DNA from: Octopus vulgaris | Lineage: Eukaryota | Length of the DNA stretch: 64,000 nt | Reading direction: 5' to 3' | Assembly (NCBI GenBank): GCA_951406725.2 | Contig: OX597818.1 | Span: 9,300,001 to 9,364,000, forward strand | In this document: positions 46,241 to 60,039 of the stretch, in pieces | Layout of the letters: the number at the start of each line of letters is the position of its first letter | How positions within the stretch are numbered: position 1 is the first letter of the stretch | Made by a program: the position numbers and the translations under genes | Notes under the pieces: generated by a model | Told to the model about the DNA's origin: nothing | The model's database searches: none | The model's input: only the letters and a program-made list of their open reading frames with translations

Positions 46241-46364
46241 CAAACCAATCAGCTACTAAAACGTGGGACACCCTAGAAATCTTTCTGGGTTTTTTTTAAT
46301 ATTTAATAGACAATTCTTTGGAATCGGTGTATATCTTCTGGGATTTGTACCTTCATTAACAATG

Positions 46365-46575
46365 TTAGTTAGTTAATTAGTTAATTTTTTGGCTCAAAAA
46401 GCAAAAAGCAAGGTCATGTAGGGGTACATGGAGTTATGTACAGGGTGGTGTTCATGTAAAGAGTTTAGGCCACTTGAGGTCAAGGGAGACTTTGAACAAA
46501 GCGGTCGTCGGCATCTTCACCATCTCGTCTGGCAGCTTGTTCCTCGGATCCGCAACCCGGACGGAGAAAGCCGTG
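46365..46575 (-). mobile_element. CR1-type LINE 3' end with (TAAC)n tail
   Basis: Reverse complement AFSVRVADP.NKLPDEMVKMPTTALFKVSLDLKW, then a short UTR and a (taac)n tail. Confidence 0.75.
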
Positions 46576-47228
46576 TGGTAGATTATATTATCGTTTGTAT
46601 GACACTACGAAACTGGAGCTAATAGCAAACTGTCATTATAGAGGATTAACAGTCCCAAATAGTTTTAATTCACGCTTGTGAAAAGCGAAATAGTGTAGCA
46701 AAATTTTAAAGCACGTGTTGCTGATTAAATATTAGCTTGTTTATTTTTCATTACAAGGAGGTTATGAATGTTAGTATCAGCCACATATACAGTTAATTAA
46801 ATAAAAAAAAATCTACAAAACAATTTAGCCTTGACATAAGGAATGCTCTGGTGTAAGATATAATTCATGTTCATTGTCGTTGGAAACGAAAGGTAGTCTG
46901 CCCATTCAAAACTGCTTCCGGTTTCAATGATATCCACTCTTCCTTTTTTTCAGCACATAATTTGATGTGTATGCTTATTTTATGTTCAGGAACTGTCACA
47001 CCAAAAGATTGATTATTGAAAAACAAATGACAACGCATACAAATGTGTCTTTCATATTTTTTTTATACATATATGTGAGTTTGTTTTTGAGAGAAAAAGA
47101 GAAAAAAAAGAGAAAGAGAGATAAACTAAAACAGAAACGACCAAACTGTTTTTGATTTTGTATCCATAAATTGAAAAAAGCAAAAGATTTGTCAAATCTA
47201 TAACCGTGCTAAAGTGGCACCATTATAT

Positions 47229-47296
<68 letters not shown>

Positions 47297-47884
47297 TATA
47301 CTAGCGACGACAAATTGATTTTACATTGTGTATAGCTCACTTCGTTATTTTATAATTTTCATGTTAGCACTTAGCTGAAACAGCCATAAATTCAGCGGGT
47401 GAATTCATATTGTATATACAGACAGTCATGATTTAGCCAAACCTTCCAATGACGGAATATTCACTACTGATAACTTTCTAATTTGCAAACGAAACTAGTC
47501 TAGAATAATAATGTAACTACGCTCTGGGCGGTTATTTCCCCTGTCGGTATATGAAAACGTGCCTTCCTGCGCCACCAAGGGGTTTTTAACTATTATTTCT
47601 AGCAATATAGGTGCTGCACGGCACCGTCAGACATAATTAGTGACAATTAAATTCTTACTTTGTTGTTATATATATATATATAGAGAGAGAGAAAACAAAA
47701 GACGGAGGCAGGTTTAGACCCTACGCTCTTCAATAGAAAGGGACACGAGAAATATGCGGAGAGAGAATATGTATAGTTTGTGTGTGCGTGTGTGTGTGTG
47801 TTTGCAGATATGTATGTATATGCATAATTTGATATATTTGTACTACTTCTATTTCTGTATCAACATAACCCTTCTCTCGTTCAA

Positions 47885-49099
47885 CTTTAAACTTTTAGAA
47901 ATCACCTACACAAACAATGGTGCCAGAGGTACTATCATCTCTACCAACACTACCATATTCGACAGTAACCACGTCATAATTTTCTACAATTATTCTTGTT
48001 AACAACACTCTCTTTCCATTGTCATCACCAACCATGACCAATTTGTCACAGAACTACACATCCTCCTTCCCTACAAATGACACTGTTTCTGCTGCAATAC
48101 ATATTAATTTCTTTCCATTTCCACACTCCTCACCAGACCCAATCACCTTTAGTTCTATATCCATGAAACTTCTTGATCTGTTGCTCTGCCAATATGATTC
48201 ACTATTTTAGCGCTCCCTCTACAACGTGTACAATCAATATTTGTATCAACTAAACTCTACATTATTCCACAGCAAAACAGAAATTCCATTGCCTCCATTG
48301 AACAGACTGCAAATAGAAACAACTATGTTAAATCCTAAACAAGTTTCTTATATTTGCTTAATACATCTGAAAATTTGTAGATTTCGTTGATTAGTAATTT
48401 CCCAGGTTAGTGTGCTAATCTTAGGAGATATAATTGAGCGGAGAGAACAATAATCGTTTTCCCCATTCTTAACGCTTCTTTATTCTTCTCCAATTAATTT
48501 CTTTCACCAGACGTATAGTGTCTTGCAGCATGAAGGGATGAGGAGGGCATTCCTATGGATATAGCGGAATAATGTTAGGGAATAGATGGCTCTCGGGATG
48601 GAGATCTTTGTAGGGATACAGCATTTGTGATGGCGATAGTTGTTTTTGTTTTGCTTGAATATAGAGGTGATGGAGAGTGAAGTTATGATAATGATATCTT
48701 TTCGAAACAGGCAGCGGTGTCAGAGGTGCTAGTGGTGGTGGTAGCTGCAATATTAATGACCATGCTGCTGGTTGTGATTCCATGATGGTGATTACAATGA
48801 TGGTAAGTGGATGGTAGGAAAATAAATAGTGTATTTATGTATGTGATATGTAGTGGTAGTAATGATGATGTATATATGAATAATAGTGATGTTGGTTGAT
48901 AGAGGACAATGGAAGAACGAGTTGACACGGAAATAGGGAGTGGTGGTCATGGTTAGTGATGACAATGGAAAGAGAGTGTTGGTAACCGGGAGAATTGAAG
49001 AACATTATGACGTGGATACTGTCGTATATGTTGGTGTTGTTAGAGATGATAGTACTTCTGGCACCATTGCTTGTGTAGGTGATTTCTAAAAGTTTAAAG
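47885..49099. repeat. Inverted pair of ~156-bp repeats (47885-48040 and 48944-49099)
   Basis: ctttaaacttttagaaatcacctacac...ccattgtcatcaccaaccatgacca is present on both strands, roughly 88-90% identical by eye. Confidence 0.88.
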
Positions 49100-51289
49100 G
49101 TGGAGATCATGCAATAATGGTAAGAATGGTTGTTAAATTTTTAGAATTTGAAAACGTCGGGGAAATTTTGGTGACAGATGTATTTCATGCGAAAGATATT
49201 AGGGGGTCGGCATGATACTTTTAATTTTCAAATCATCTTTGAATAAGCAGATTTTTTTTATCGACGAATGTTTCAAATTTGGTATTTAAACATTGTCAAC
49301 GTATTTATTTAAACATTTAAATATTTATTTAAACATTTAAATATTTAGACTTGTCAACTTCTTTTAAACTATAGAGATGATAGGTGATTTTCTGCCATTT
49401 TTTATAAGTAGTTTCTTATATGAGGGGGTTACATCGAAAGGAATGCAAAATTGGATATAAGATTTTTATTAACTGACAAGCATCGTTCAAATTTCACGCG
49501 AATTTCTTACCCTGTTGTAGACTTACTTATTTGACTCAATTTATTGAATACGTTAGCTCCCACATAACTAGATGTTTTTCATATAAACGTCGTTCCTGGG
49601 TGAAAATATCCAGCTATATTTTATAGTGTCATGACGTCCATATACATTGATTCAAAATCTTTATATTTTTCAGACACATACTGAAAAAGCTATGTATCGG
49701 AGAAATCTAGTAATGGTCACCGTACTTGCTTATTATAAATCTCTCCCATTCTATTCTTTACTAATTTAGATTTCAAAATGTCCTCCTTTGTCTCTTTTCA
49801 CCATAGTAAATCATTTTGACATGTAAAATTTTGGTATGTTGTTTAATTGGCCGTCTTCAGTATTTCTGTCTCCACTTATCATGCTTTGGATGATTATTCG
49901 TATGTTTCCTAACTGGCTCACGTCTAAAATCCAGCTTCACTTATGTCATATTGTTTCGGCAAAGTCGACTTCGGTTCAGATTCCATGGAGGTCGAATTTT
50001 CCTTTCATCCATAAAATAAATACCAAATGGACTCCATTGACGATGCAATTAACTTAAACCCTCGCAAAAAATGGAAACAAATATTGTTTGGAATAAATCA
50101 AATTTATTGACTTCCCCACATGAGGTTATTTCTCCAGAGATGGAAACTATTGTAATAGTTCAGAAAAACAAACAAAAAAATAATAATCTATCAGAAGAAT
50201 AGCGAATAAGGACGCAATTCTTTTGATAGTGTGAATAATGGCAGAGAAAGACATTTGATTCCTTAATACAAGATCTTAAACTAATTTGACATTCCTGTAG
50301 CAAAACATTACTACTGTTTCGTGATGCTATGTACTTAAATAGAGTTTGTTGTTTTTATGATTTTTTTTTATATTTTCGTTTAATATTTATTCTCCATCAA
50401 GTACTTCTAGAGGATTTGGAATTAGTTGCTTGTTATATTTAGACAGAAGGTCATCTGTCAATCTTGTCTTTCACAAGGCTCCTATTGATCAAGGTTCGTT
50501 GAGGATGGAAACAGTTTTACAGCTGACTGAACAGAGTAGAATGTTGTTTGTAATAATTGTCATACATTGAAGATGGAGGGATACAAGTGAAGAACAATAG
50601 GATGGTATTTGTAAAGGTCTATCAGTTCACGTCAAACAATAAATGGTACGTTTAGCTGTTTCAAAAGTAAATACCCGCTAATCATTTGCAGCTTCATAGC
50701 GTACACAGCTGGAATAAGAACTTTGTAAAACGTAGTTAAATAAATTCCTCGTAGATGGATACCGATATTTCCATATATATGAGACAAATTCGAATTGGAG
50801 AGAGTGAATGGTAAAGAAAGCTATAGAGAGATAAAGAGTAAAATGTAAATAGATAGAAAGTGCGATGTGGAGAGACATATATAGAAACAGATATATTAAG
50901 ACGTGGCTGAGTAATAGAGAATTGTAAAGAGTAAAATAGACACAGTGAGAGATGAAAAGATAGAAATTAAAAGAGAAGGTAAAGAGAAGAGGAAGAACAA
51001 TAAAGAGTAAAACGAAGAAATCAAAATGTTGATAAAGAAAAAGAGAAAGGTGAGGAGATATAGCATGTAAGTTAATTCTTAGGGAATATAATAATGAGAA
51101 ACTATGTTGAGAGAAGAGAAAACGAAAGAAATATGTAGAGACTTTGATATTTGCACGCACAGACGCCTACACATGCAGCTGCATCCATTCACAAACACAC
51201 ACATATAGATGTGTGTGGGTGCGTGTGTGTGTGTGTGTGTGTGTGTTTGTGTCTGTGTGTGTGTGTGTGTGTGTGCGCGCGCGCGTGTG

Positions 51290-54130
51290 TGTGTCCGGTC
51301 ACAAAAGCCAGCTTCCTCGATCATATCTCAGTACGTTTGCAGCAGATACTGGAATTCGAAACGATGTCGGTGGGAGAAGTATTAGATAAGACGTGAGGGT
51401 TGACGCAAAACAACGCACACGACTTATCGGTAGAAGTGAGAGCAGATCGGCGGCGAACAGTGGCAACAAGAGTATGGTGAGACAAACGGCAAAGGGACAA
51501 TGTTTTAGATGCTGCACTACGCACATGGCGAGGGAATGTACAGAACAAAAACCAATGGTGGTGTATTACCGATGTGCCCAGCCTGGGCACGTAGGAAACT
51601 ATAGCAAGCAAGGAAACACGGAGAGGGGAATTGCAGTGCCGCTAGTTAAACCACCCACGACCCCATCATCACCACGACAAATTGAAGGCGCACTACATAT
51701 CGTTGCCTGTAATGACGTTTCTGGGGGCGTGGTGAGGAAAGCACGATCCCTTGTGGTGAGGAAAGCACAAGAATGGTCGAGAGCTGGAGAGGAAACATCA
51801 ACCCCAGTGGGGTAGAAGACAGTGAAGTGGGACTGGAGATATAGGAGTCAGTGTTGAAGCTACAGGTGACTGTAGTTGATGAGGTGGTGGACGGCGTCGA
51901 TCAAACGTTTGGGTGGAGTGACAAAGCAGGAGTAACATTTGGTGATCGGTGCGCTGCGTGCTATGAGCGAGGAACGGAGGAAGAAGGCTGTAGGAGTGAC
52001 AGCACGGAAGTCTTCATCTTCAGTTGTGCCTATGGTATCCCCTCTCTCTCCCATGCTGAGTGCTCGACAGTGAAAGATGGACGTAGGAGTAATATTGGAA
52101 AGAACATCCCACCCAGTCCCGTACTAAAGGCACACCTTGAAAGGAGAAACCAGGTTCGGGTTTGAGAGAGAGAGGAACAAATGGATAGAGCGATGAATTT
52201 TGATACCATGGAGAAAAGAGGCGATGAGCGGTGTTGATGGCTGTAGTTGAGCCGACAATGAAGAAGGACCGACTGGTGCTGGACTTTAGGGAGTTAAATG
52301 AGCACGTGTCCTGTCATATGGACTGCAAGGTAGCGGATGTGTGTGAGGAAACCTTACGGGAAGATAGGTGATTGGCAGCGGTAGCTACGATCGTCAACCT
52401 CAAGTCAGCTTATCTGCAGCCACACGTGTCCGAGAATTTGGGGATGTGCCAACTAGAGAGGTAAAAGGGAAAAACATACTGCCTAACTCGACTGGGCTTC
52501 GGCCTGATTTCACTAAAGCTCATGGTGAAGATCCTCAAAGCAGTTTTGGAAATTCATACATTGATGACATCCTGGTAGATGAGAGCGTGGCATTGACAGT
52601 GAAAATCGTGAGTAATTCTTAGGAGGTTCAGATTAGTGACAAAGCAGCCAGAGGCTCTAGAAGAAGGTATGGCGCTTTGGCTCGATAAGGATAAAGCGGG
52701 TAGGCATGTGTTTCGCAGAGGAAACGAGCCTAAATCAGGATATGGATAGGCCAGTGTTGTTCTTCATGTGACAATCTGGTGGATCACTACCCTGTTGCAA
52801 GACGACCCAGGATGACATGTAGCTATATCAAAATGTGAGCAAAAGGAGTGAGCAGGAGTGATAAAATGGGAGAGAAGGCAAATGTGATGACGCGAGATGT
52901 CATGGAGAGTGCGAGCGAAAGATCCAGTGAAGAACAGCTGGCATGTTCCTGATACAAAATTGGGATTGTGCGGTGTGGCGCGAGCAGTATAGCGTTGGGT
53001 GTCATTCTGGAAATACGTGGTTTTGAGGTGGAAGATGCGATGTGGCTCGGGAAGAAGGACGACTACAACCACACCAATGTAGCTGAACCGGATGATGTAT
53101 TAAAGGGCGTGCATAAACACGCCTGAGACCAGGACTGCGAGCTGTCGAGATTCGGATTGATTCTGTCACGGTTCGTGGATGGGTGGTATCAGTGATCACC
53201 AACTAGAAGACGATTTGCCAAAAATGATCACCAACTAGATGATTGGCCGAGATGGTGATTAAGTGAGGGAGTTAGCCGCTGAGTTCGGCTTGGAGTTGCA
53301 TGTACTATTCGTGCCCTCAGAAAAAAATAAAGCGGACGTTCTAATCAGAGTAAAAAAATACTCTGGTTGAAAAGAGCAGAAGAAATTCTGAGTGAAGTAG
53401 CTGCAGTTTGTCGGCTGGAGGGCACAGAATTGAGGAGATGCACAACACGCATCAGACTGGAGTTGATAAGATGTTATTTTAGCTTAAGACGTTCGTCTCC
53501 GATGTCACCAGGGAGAGCGTTCGGAATGTAGTGGGGACAATCCATCGACCCTACACCGAGTGAATACGAAAAAAGGTAAATTTCGGGTGGAGGAAGCCTA
53601 GAAGCAGCAAGGCCATACATGACGCACTATCGAAGAAGGGTATATCTCTCAATATTCGACGGTGGGCCAGGGCGGATGACTATTTTGAGAGAGACCAGGG
53701 TGAAGACTGCTGCCGAAATCGTGTAAGTGATGAATGCAATGTTCTCTGAAAGCTACTGTTGGACAATAGCAAAATTTTTTCGCTCAGAGCAGCTGAGGGA
53801 GATGCTCGAACTGAGGAGTATAAGACGCTTATTCAGGCCTGCATACAGGTCTGGTGGAAAGGGGATTTTGGAACGGCGCCATCGTACCCTCAAAGCAATG
53901 GCTGCGAGGGGATGAATCTCTTACATGGAGGCAGTCATCCGGGGTAGGGCAAACCCAAGGGTCAGTTCCGCAATGGACAAATGGAGACACCCGAACGTGG
54001 TGTTGCAGCAATAAGAGGTCGAAGGGGTCACGTTCCTACAAGTGGTAGATGAAGTGTGAGTGGAGACCCCGAATGCTCGGTGCACAACGCTGTGGGAAAA
54101 GGGAATTATGCATCAGTGAATGGAATGCCA
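51290..54130 (+). mobile_element. Decayed Ty3/Gypsy LTR retrotransposon internal region (gag-PR-RT-RH-IN order); LTRs not identified
   Basis: Twin zinc knuckles CFRC..HMAREC and YRCAQPGHVGN, LVLDFRELN, SYIDDILV, RNase H ASSIALGVILE, integrase RPAYRSGGKGILERRHRTLK. Confidence 0.85.
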
Positions 54131-56306
54131 TTACTGCAAACAGCTCAAAATAAAACTTAAATTCTAATACTTGGATACCTGTACACACGGACAAAAGTTA
54201 ATAAGAAAAATCAATCAGTTGTCCCCATTTTTCATTTAATGTAAGCTCATCATTTGATTTCTCAAGCCTGTCTACATGTACTGCAGTCTTCCCACTATCC
54301 ACAATTCTACCTTTCCTTTTCTACCAAGCAGCTCTGTCTTCATTGTGTAATCCACCTTTCAAGGGATGTTTTTGTAAACAGTACCACCGCGCAGAACGTT
54401 TCCACATTTGGCCCTTGCCTTGTATCTAACTCCACATTGCAGATAATGCGTAAACCCTCATCAAAACACTCTACACGCATTCTAATTTACTACTACACAA
54501 ACATATAAGCCATATATGAAATGACGGCATTGGGTCTGCCAATAGCCATCTCATTACCACCCAACCATCCAACTGAACTTCCCAGATATAGGCTCATACT
54601 CACCTCTCTTTGTCTCTCTCTCCCCCTCTCTCTCTCTTTCTCTTTCCATGTCTTTCTCTTTCGTTCTGTTGAGATTTATCATGAGACCTGGAAATATACC
54701 ATAACGTATCCGAATTCCAGAGAAGAGCAATCTTTATGACCTTATCAAAAAAGCTATTTTGTTTTATCACTTCCATTTGAAACATCTGAAAGTTGAGGGG
54801 GATAATCAATAACATCAACCGTCTCCATCATCGAAATCCCTTCACTACTTAGTAACTGGCATTACGACTTTCGTATAATCAGCTCTATGCCAAATCTACA
54901 ATGGCAATCAAAAGAGTATGTTTACGAAATTCTCCAGAAATTCATAAACACACTGTTGATACCCTCAATATCGTTAACACTTGCGTTTTTAACAGACAAT
55001 CATATAAGCAGGAAAACGGTGACTCGAGTACTATCCGTCTTTCATCTCATGGGCCAGCAGCTTCTTCCAGAACCTATCATTTTATCCTGTGTTACTCGAA
55101 TCTCTATCAAATCTAGTGTGATACACAATGAAGGTCCCTCACCACACATATATACACTCTTCTTTTAAATCAAGAACAACGTATGTCTCGTGGTCTACAA
55201 TTCTTTCTATACTTATCCAAGTAACACCTCCCTTTATTAGTCTGTTGTTTCTCTCTCTCTCTACACCTCTTTCAGATGCAATCCATGAACAGATATCACG
55301 GAAATATACTTAATCATGGTAATTGTTCCCACCCCACCCCCGCAATTGTACAAGGATAGAATCACAATAGAAGTGATTAACCATCTCGCTCTCTGGTAGA
55401 GTATCATCTTGCTCCAAGGAGATAACCGATTTCGTTTTACTTCTGATCAAGTATTTCCTACTAGCTGAAGTTGCTCATCCTGTCACCAACCCCAGACACC
55501 GAAGTGATTAATACAAAATCTTCCTCTACAGATTATACTATTCTGGAATTTTCTAACTGTACATGTTTATTTATACTTTTCTACAGACGAATTGAAAATC
55601 CTTAATGGAATATTATTCGTTTCGATATTGCCGGTCTCAGAGCGAATTCGAAATTCATGGGAATATCACCTTTCTCCGCATGAAGCATACTAAAAAAGAA
55701 GAAAAACATCTTAGCTGCCTTGACAACTAGTGTATTACATCTATAGAAGAATGGGAATGATCAATACATGTTTTGACCAACTGGCATATTTAAGAGATTT
55801 ATCAGTGGAAAAGGATGATTTTAGTAATAAAATGGTCTAAGCCACATGACTATATATGTGCGCGAGTGAATGTGTGGCTTTATGAGAGACAGATTATGTG
55901 TACATCGATAAAGTGTTCCCTTTTTCGTTCTTGATATATGTCTCTGTGTGTGTGCGTGTGTGTGCACATACACGTATATGTACGTATGTGTCTGTGTGTA
56001 CACATACACGTATTTGTACGTACGTCTGCGAGCGCGTACATACACACAAACACACGCAGGTGTATGAGAATTTATGTTTCAGTTACTGATAAACCCAAAC
56101 CCTGGTTTCTTCTCGGTATCTGGTTGGATATAAACAATAGGTGGATACGAGGGGTCGAAGGTGAATTCTTCTTGGATTTATATTCACCGGAATACGAGCA
56201 TTAAATCATGATATGTTTTTCATTGTATACGTGTCTAAAGTATAATTACATCTACATCACGCTCCGCACGTTTCTTTCCTGAAATAGTTTTAGAAAGAAA
56301 GAAGAT

Positions 56307-56360
<54 letters not shown>

Positions 56361-58954
56361 TGTGTGTGAATGTGGGGTGTGCGATGTTTATGTATGTGTG
56401 CGAATGTGAATGTGTATGCATGTGCAAATGTGTGTTTGGTTTGGACTTGTGGGTATGCTTATGCAGAGAATACATTTTTGAAATATCTTTATACGAAACT
56501 TACATGCATATGTACAAGCTTATACATATACATATATATATGTGTGTGTGTGTGAGTGTGTGTGTGTGTGTGTATGTATTTATTTATGTATATATATATG
56601 TATATATGCATATATGTGTATATACATGTGTGTGTATGTACGACAGTATATTCAAACGTTTGTGTATGTGCCTATTTGTATCTATATGTGAGTGTATGTG
56701 AGTGTATGTGTGGGAGTGTTATTGTTTTAGTAGGTTTTGGGCAAGTATACCTAGAATATGACTTGGTTATGTCAAAGAGAGTCAAATACTTTTAATAATA
56801 AATATTATTATATAGTTACAAAAGCACCACAACATCATCAATACGGAGCCAATACAGGAGAATTTTACCTGGTCGCTGGAACTGCTAGACATAGCAAAGA
56901 AACAGCCCCGAAAAGCACATAAAGAAGCTAATTATAAAGGATAATTTAATAATTATAACGTATTTCCTTACTAATACAGGCGGATCATCTCCTCAGAGAA
57001 GTTGGGCATAGTCTGCTCGGCCAGACTGATCAAACCAACCAGAGCAACATCAAAAACAATGGCAACGACAGCGACAACGAATAGCAACACCGACAACAAC
57101 AGCACCAAACACGTGAGGAATTTCTCTTAAAATAATCTGGAACTTACTAATTATAACTTCTGTATTAGATTTTGGGCAAAACTGAATAAAACAAAAGCAA
57201 ACAAATATATAAAATAGAAAAAAAAATCAAGCATTCTTGGAAAGTCTCCTCTCTTGTAATGGCATTTAATTCCTGACAGCCACAGTGTTAGGAATGTTAC
57301 AGAAGTAACCTTTTAATTTCAATTTCAGATAGAGTAAATAGTTTTCTGGAGCCATTTCAGAAGAATTTAGATACACTGAGTGAAAGGGAGGAGTGAGAGA
57401 AAGAGAGAGAAAAAGAGAGAGAGAAGAAATGAGGAAAAGACATATAGTCTAAATGTGTGCTTGTGCAGACATGAGAGTGTATGTATATGAGGGTCATCGT
57501 GTGCAAAGATGGAGGTATGTGTCATTTTCTGAATGCGTAAATTCATTGGTATGATTAGTCGCAGTGCGTGCGCATGTGTATGATTTTACGTGACTGCATC
57601 GAAGTTGTCTCAATCAAATAAGTCTGTACATATACGTGTGCGCCTCATTGTGTATACTTTTATGTAAATCAGTATAAATGTGTGCTTGTACGATATGCAT
57701 ATATTTAGTCATATGTTAGGATCCTTAAGTGTAAGCGTCTACGTGTTTCAAGACTTGAATTAGTATATATCTTCCGCGAGTGTCTGTATGTTCGCATATG
57801 TATATGAGTGTCTAAGTTAGTGTAATTATGAATGTATGTGTATGTTTCTGTGTGTGTGTATGTGTGTGTGAGTGTGTGTTTATGTGTGTATATGTGTGTA
57901 CGTATGTGCGCGTGAGTGAGTGTATGTGTGTGTGTGTGCGTATGTGTGTGTGTGCGTATGCGTGTGCGTGTGAGTGTATTCGCGTGCTTATATATGCGTT
58001 GTGCGCAACAGTCTGAAAATCTGTAAGTACTTGATCTATACAAATATGCATCCTTGTATTTGCATTCATAAATACGAATCACTCGAATAAGCATATATGC
58101 TTTTTTTTATTAATTTATCTCCTATACAACTGTGTGTGTGTCTGCTTCAGTGTGTATGCGCGTATGTGTGTGGAGGGTGTGCATTTATATAGATATGTAT
58201 GTGTGTGTGTTTGTATGTGTGTGTATATATATATATATATATGCATGTGTGCGTGCGTATGGGTGTGTATGTGTGCGTGCGCGTGTTCGTGTGAGTGTAA
58301 TATTCACACTTATATGTACATAAATGGCTTGCAACTTCATTTTTAGCTAAAATCTCTCCATCTTTAACATTTTTACATGCAAACGGTGAGAAACCAACTT
58401 GGCATAGTTTTGGGGTAATTATGGAGATTATTGATCGTCTTCCTTTTCTTGGCATCGTTCTTGGTGTAAAAGAAATGAGAAAGGTAGGCAGGCTTCGCCG
58501 CGAAATTGTCATAATCTTCATTTAAAATTATTTTTATATATTATGTCTTTTTTTTAATTAGATAGGTTACATATTTGAGTCGCCCAGAGTTTGCAAGGGT
58601 GATATTTTCATTCATTCTTCTGGAGTCTTCACCTCATTTCTAAATATAGCCATAAAGACATGGCGATTTCATACACAAACATACATTCACATGAACACAA
58701 ATGCGAACACGTAATTTATCTAAAAATTCTTCAGGGATTATTATTATTATCATTTTTTTTTAACAAGTTGCTAAATACCTTGTTATACGTGAGTGGGAAA
58801 AGAAAGAGTGGGATATAGGAACTTTCACTATCTCCCTTCTCATTCTCAATTCTTTTCAGCACAAAATTCTTAATACGACATGGCAAGATCATAAATCTTA
58901 AAACTAAAAAATAACACTACTCAAGAACAAAAGTCAAAACTATTAACATTAAGC

Positions 58955-59145
58955 ATTTCTGCTACAGGCACAAGGCCTGATATTTTGGGAGAGGAAGTTG
59001 GTCGATTTAATCTTCACCACTGTAATTAGTTCATCAACTCCTGAAAAGAGAAAAAGCTATGTCGACACCAGTGGGATTTGAACTCACAACGGCGGGAGGG
59101 AATAAATACTGGCTGACATTTCATCCGCAGGGAAGCTAATCTGTT
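58955..59145 (-). mobile_element. tRNA-derived SINE family B
   Basis: B-box gagttcaaatccc on the minus strand. Body shared with 13645-13858. Confidence 0.6.
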
Positions 59146-59158
59146 GATGATGATGATG

Positions 59159-59231
<73 letters not shown>

Positions 59232-59233
<2 letters not shown>

Positions 59234-59787
59234 TACCCTGATGCAGTACCAGACAGTGGCTCTCATGGCTTCTCATCTTAACTGATTGGAAGTGTTATCA
59301 TGTACATTGTTTTGTCTTGGTATAAAAGATGAGCTACAGCAAATATTCTGCTCAATACCACAGATTTGCTTGTCAGTTGTTTGACCTTAACCAATTGAAC
59401 ATGCCCCTTAGCAGCTGACGATATGTGCATCTCTGATCATGAGCAGGAGTAGTGGGGGAGCGTCATAGCCATGTTTTGAGAGGGATTCTTTGTGGTTTGA
59501 ATAGTTCACCTCTGGAAACATGTGTGTTTCGTTCAACATCCTTAAACAACCCTTATTAGGGACCTTTTGAACAGGATGGGTTACTCGACCAGAAGAAAAT
59601 TCTAACTGGGCCCCACCTGCAAGGTCATGCCTTGTTTATCTTAATATGAGATCACCATGTCGCGCACATACAGTTGTGATGCATGTGCCTAGCGTACCCT
59701 TATCAGACAGGTAGTCATGATGGGTATACTGGGCTTTGTATATTTTACCCCAGTGTCACTTTGATGGCATGCACTGCTCTCTCACTC
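59232..59787 (+). mobile_element. ~555-bp non-coding (TAA)n-flanked element, copy 2
   Basis: Full-length match to the reverse complement of 13998-14554. (TAA)n at 59160-59231 and 59789-59880. Confidence 0.85.
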
Positions 59788-59788
59788 G

Positions 59789-59882
<94 letters not shown>

Positions 59883-59908
59883 TGATGATGATGATGATGA
59901 TGATGATA

Positions 59909-60037
59909 AATGCCGTGATGCAATATCCGGTAGTGGCACTCATCGTAACTGATTAGAAGTGTTATAATGTTCATGTCTTGGTGTAAAAAATGGGCTACAG
60001 CAAATATTCTGCTCAGTACTACAAATGTGCTTGTCAG
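59909..60037 (+). mobile_element. 555-bp element, older partial copy 3 (5' part)
   Basis: aatgccgtgatgcaata..agtggcactcat..aactgatt-gaagtgttat..gggctacagcaaatattctgctca. Starts at the same 5' point, after a TAA/TGA tract. Confidence 0.75.
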
Positions 60038-60039
60038 AT

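Noticed and set aside
29885-49345. Short two-copy tandem duplications (29885-29925, 34646-34682, 49305-49345) as CRISPR-like repeats
   Set aside because: Adjacent 18-20 bp slippage duplications without spacers, in a eukaryotic context with no cas genes.
54200-55550. Possible further LINE remnant
   Set aside because: No diagnostic motif could be read with confidence.
59688-59733. The shared 3' hairpin as a SECIS element
   Set aside because: It lacks the AUGA/GA quartet geometry and apical AA, and there is no associated UGA-containing ORF.
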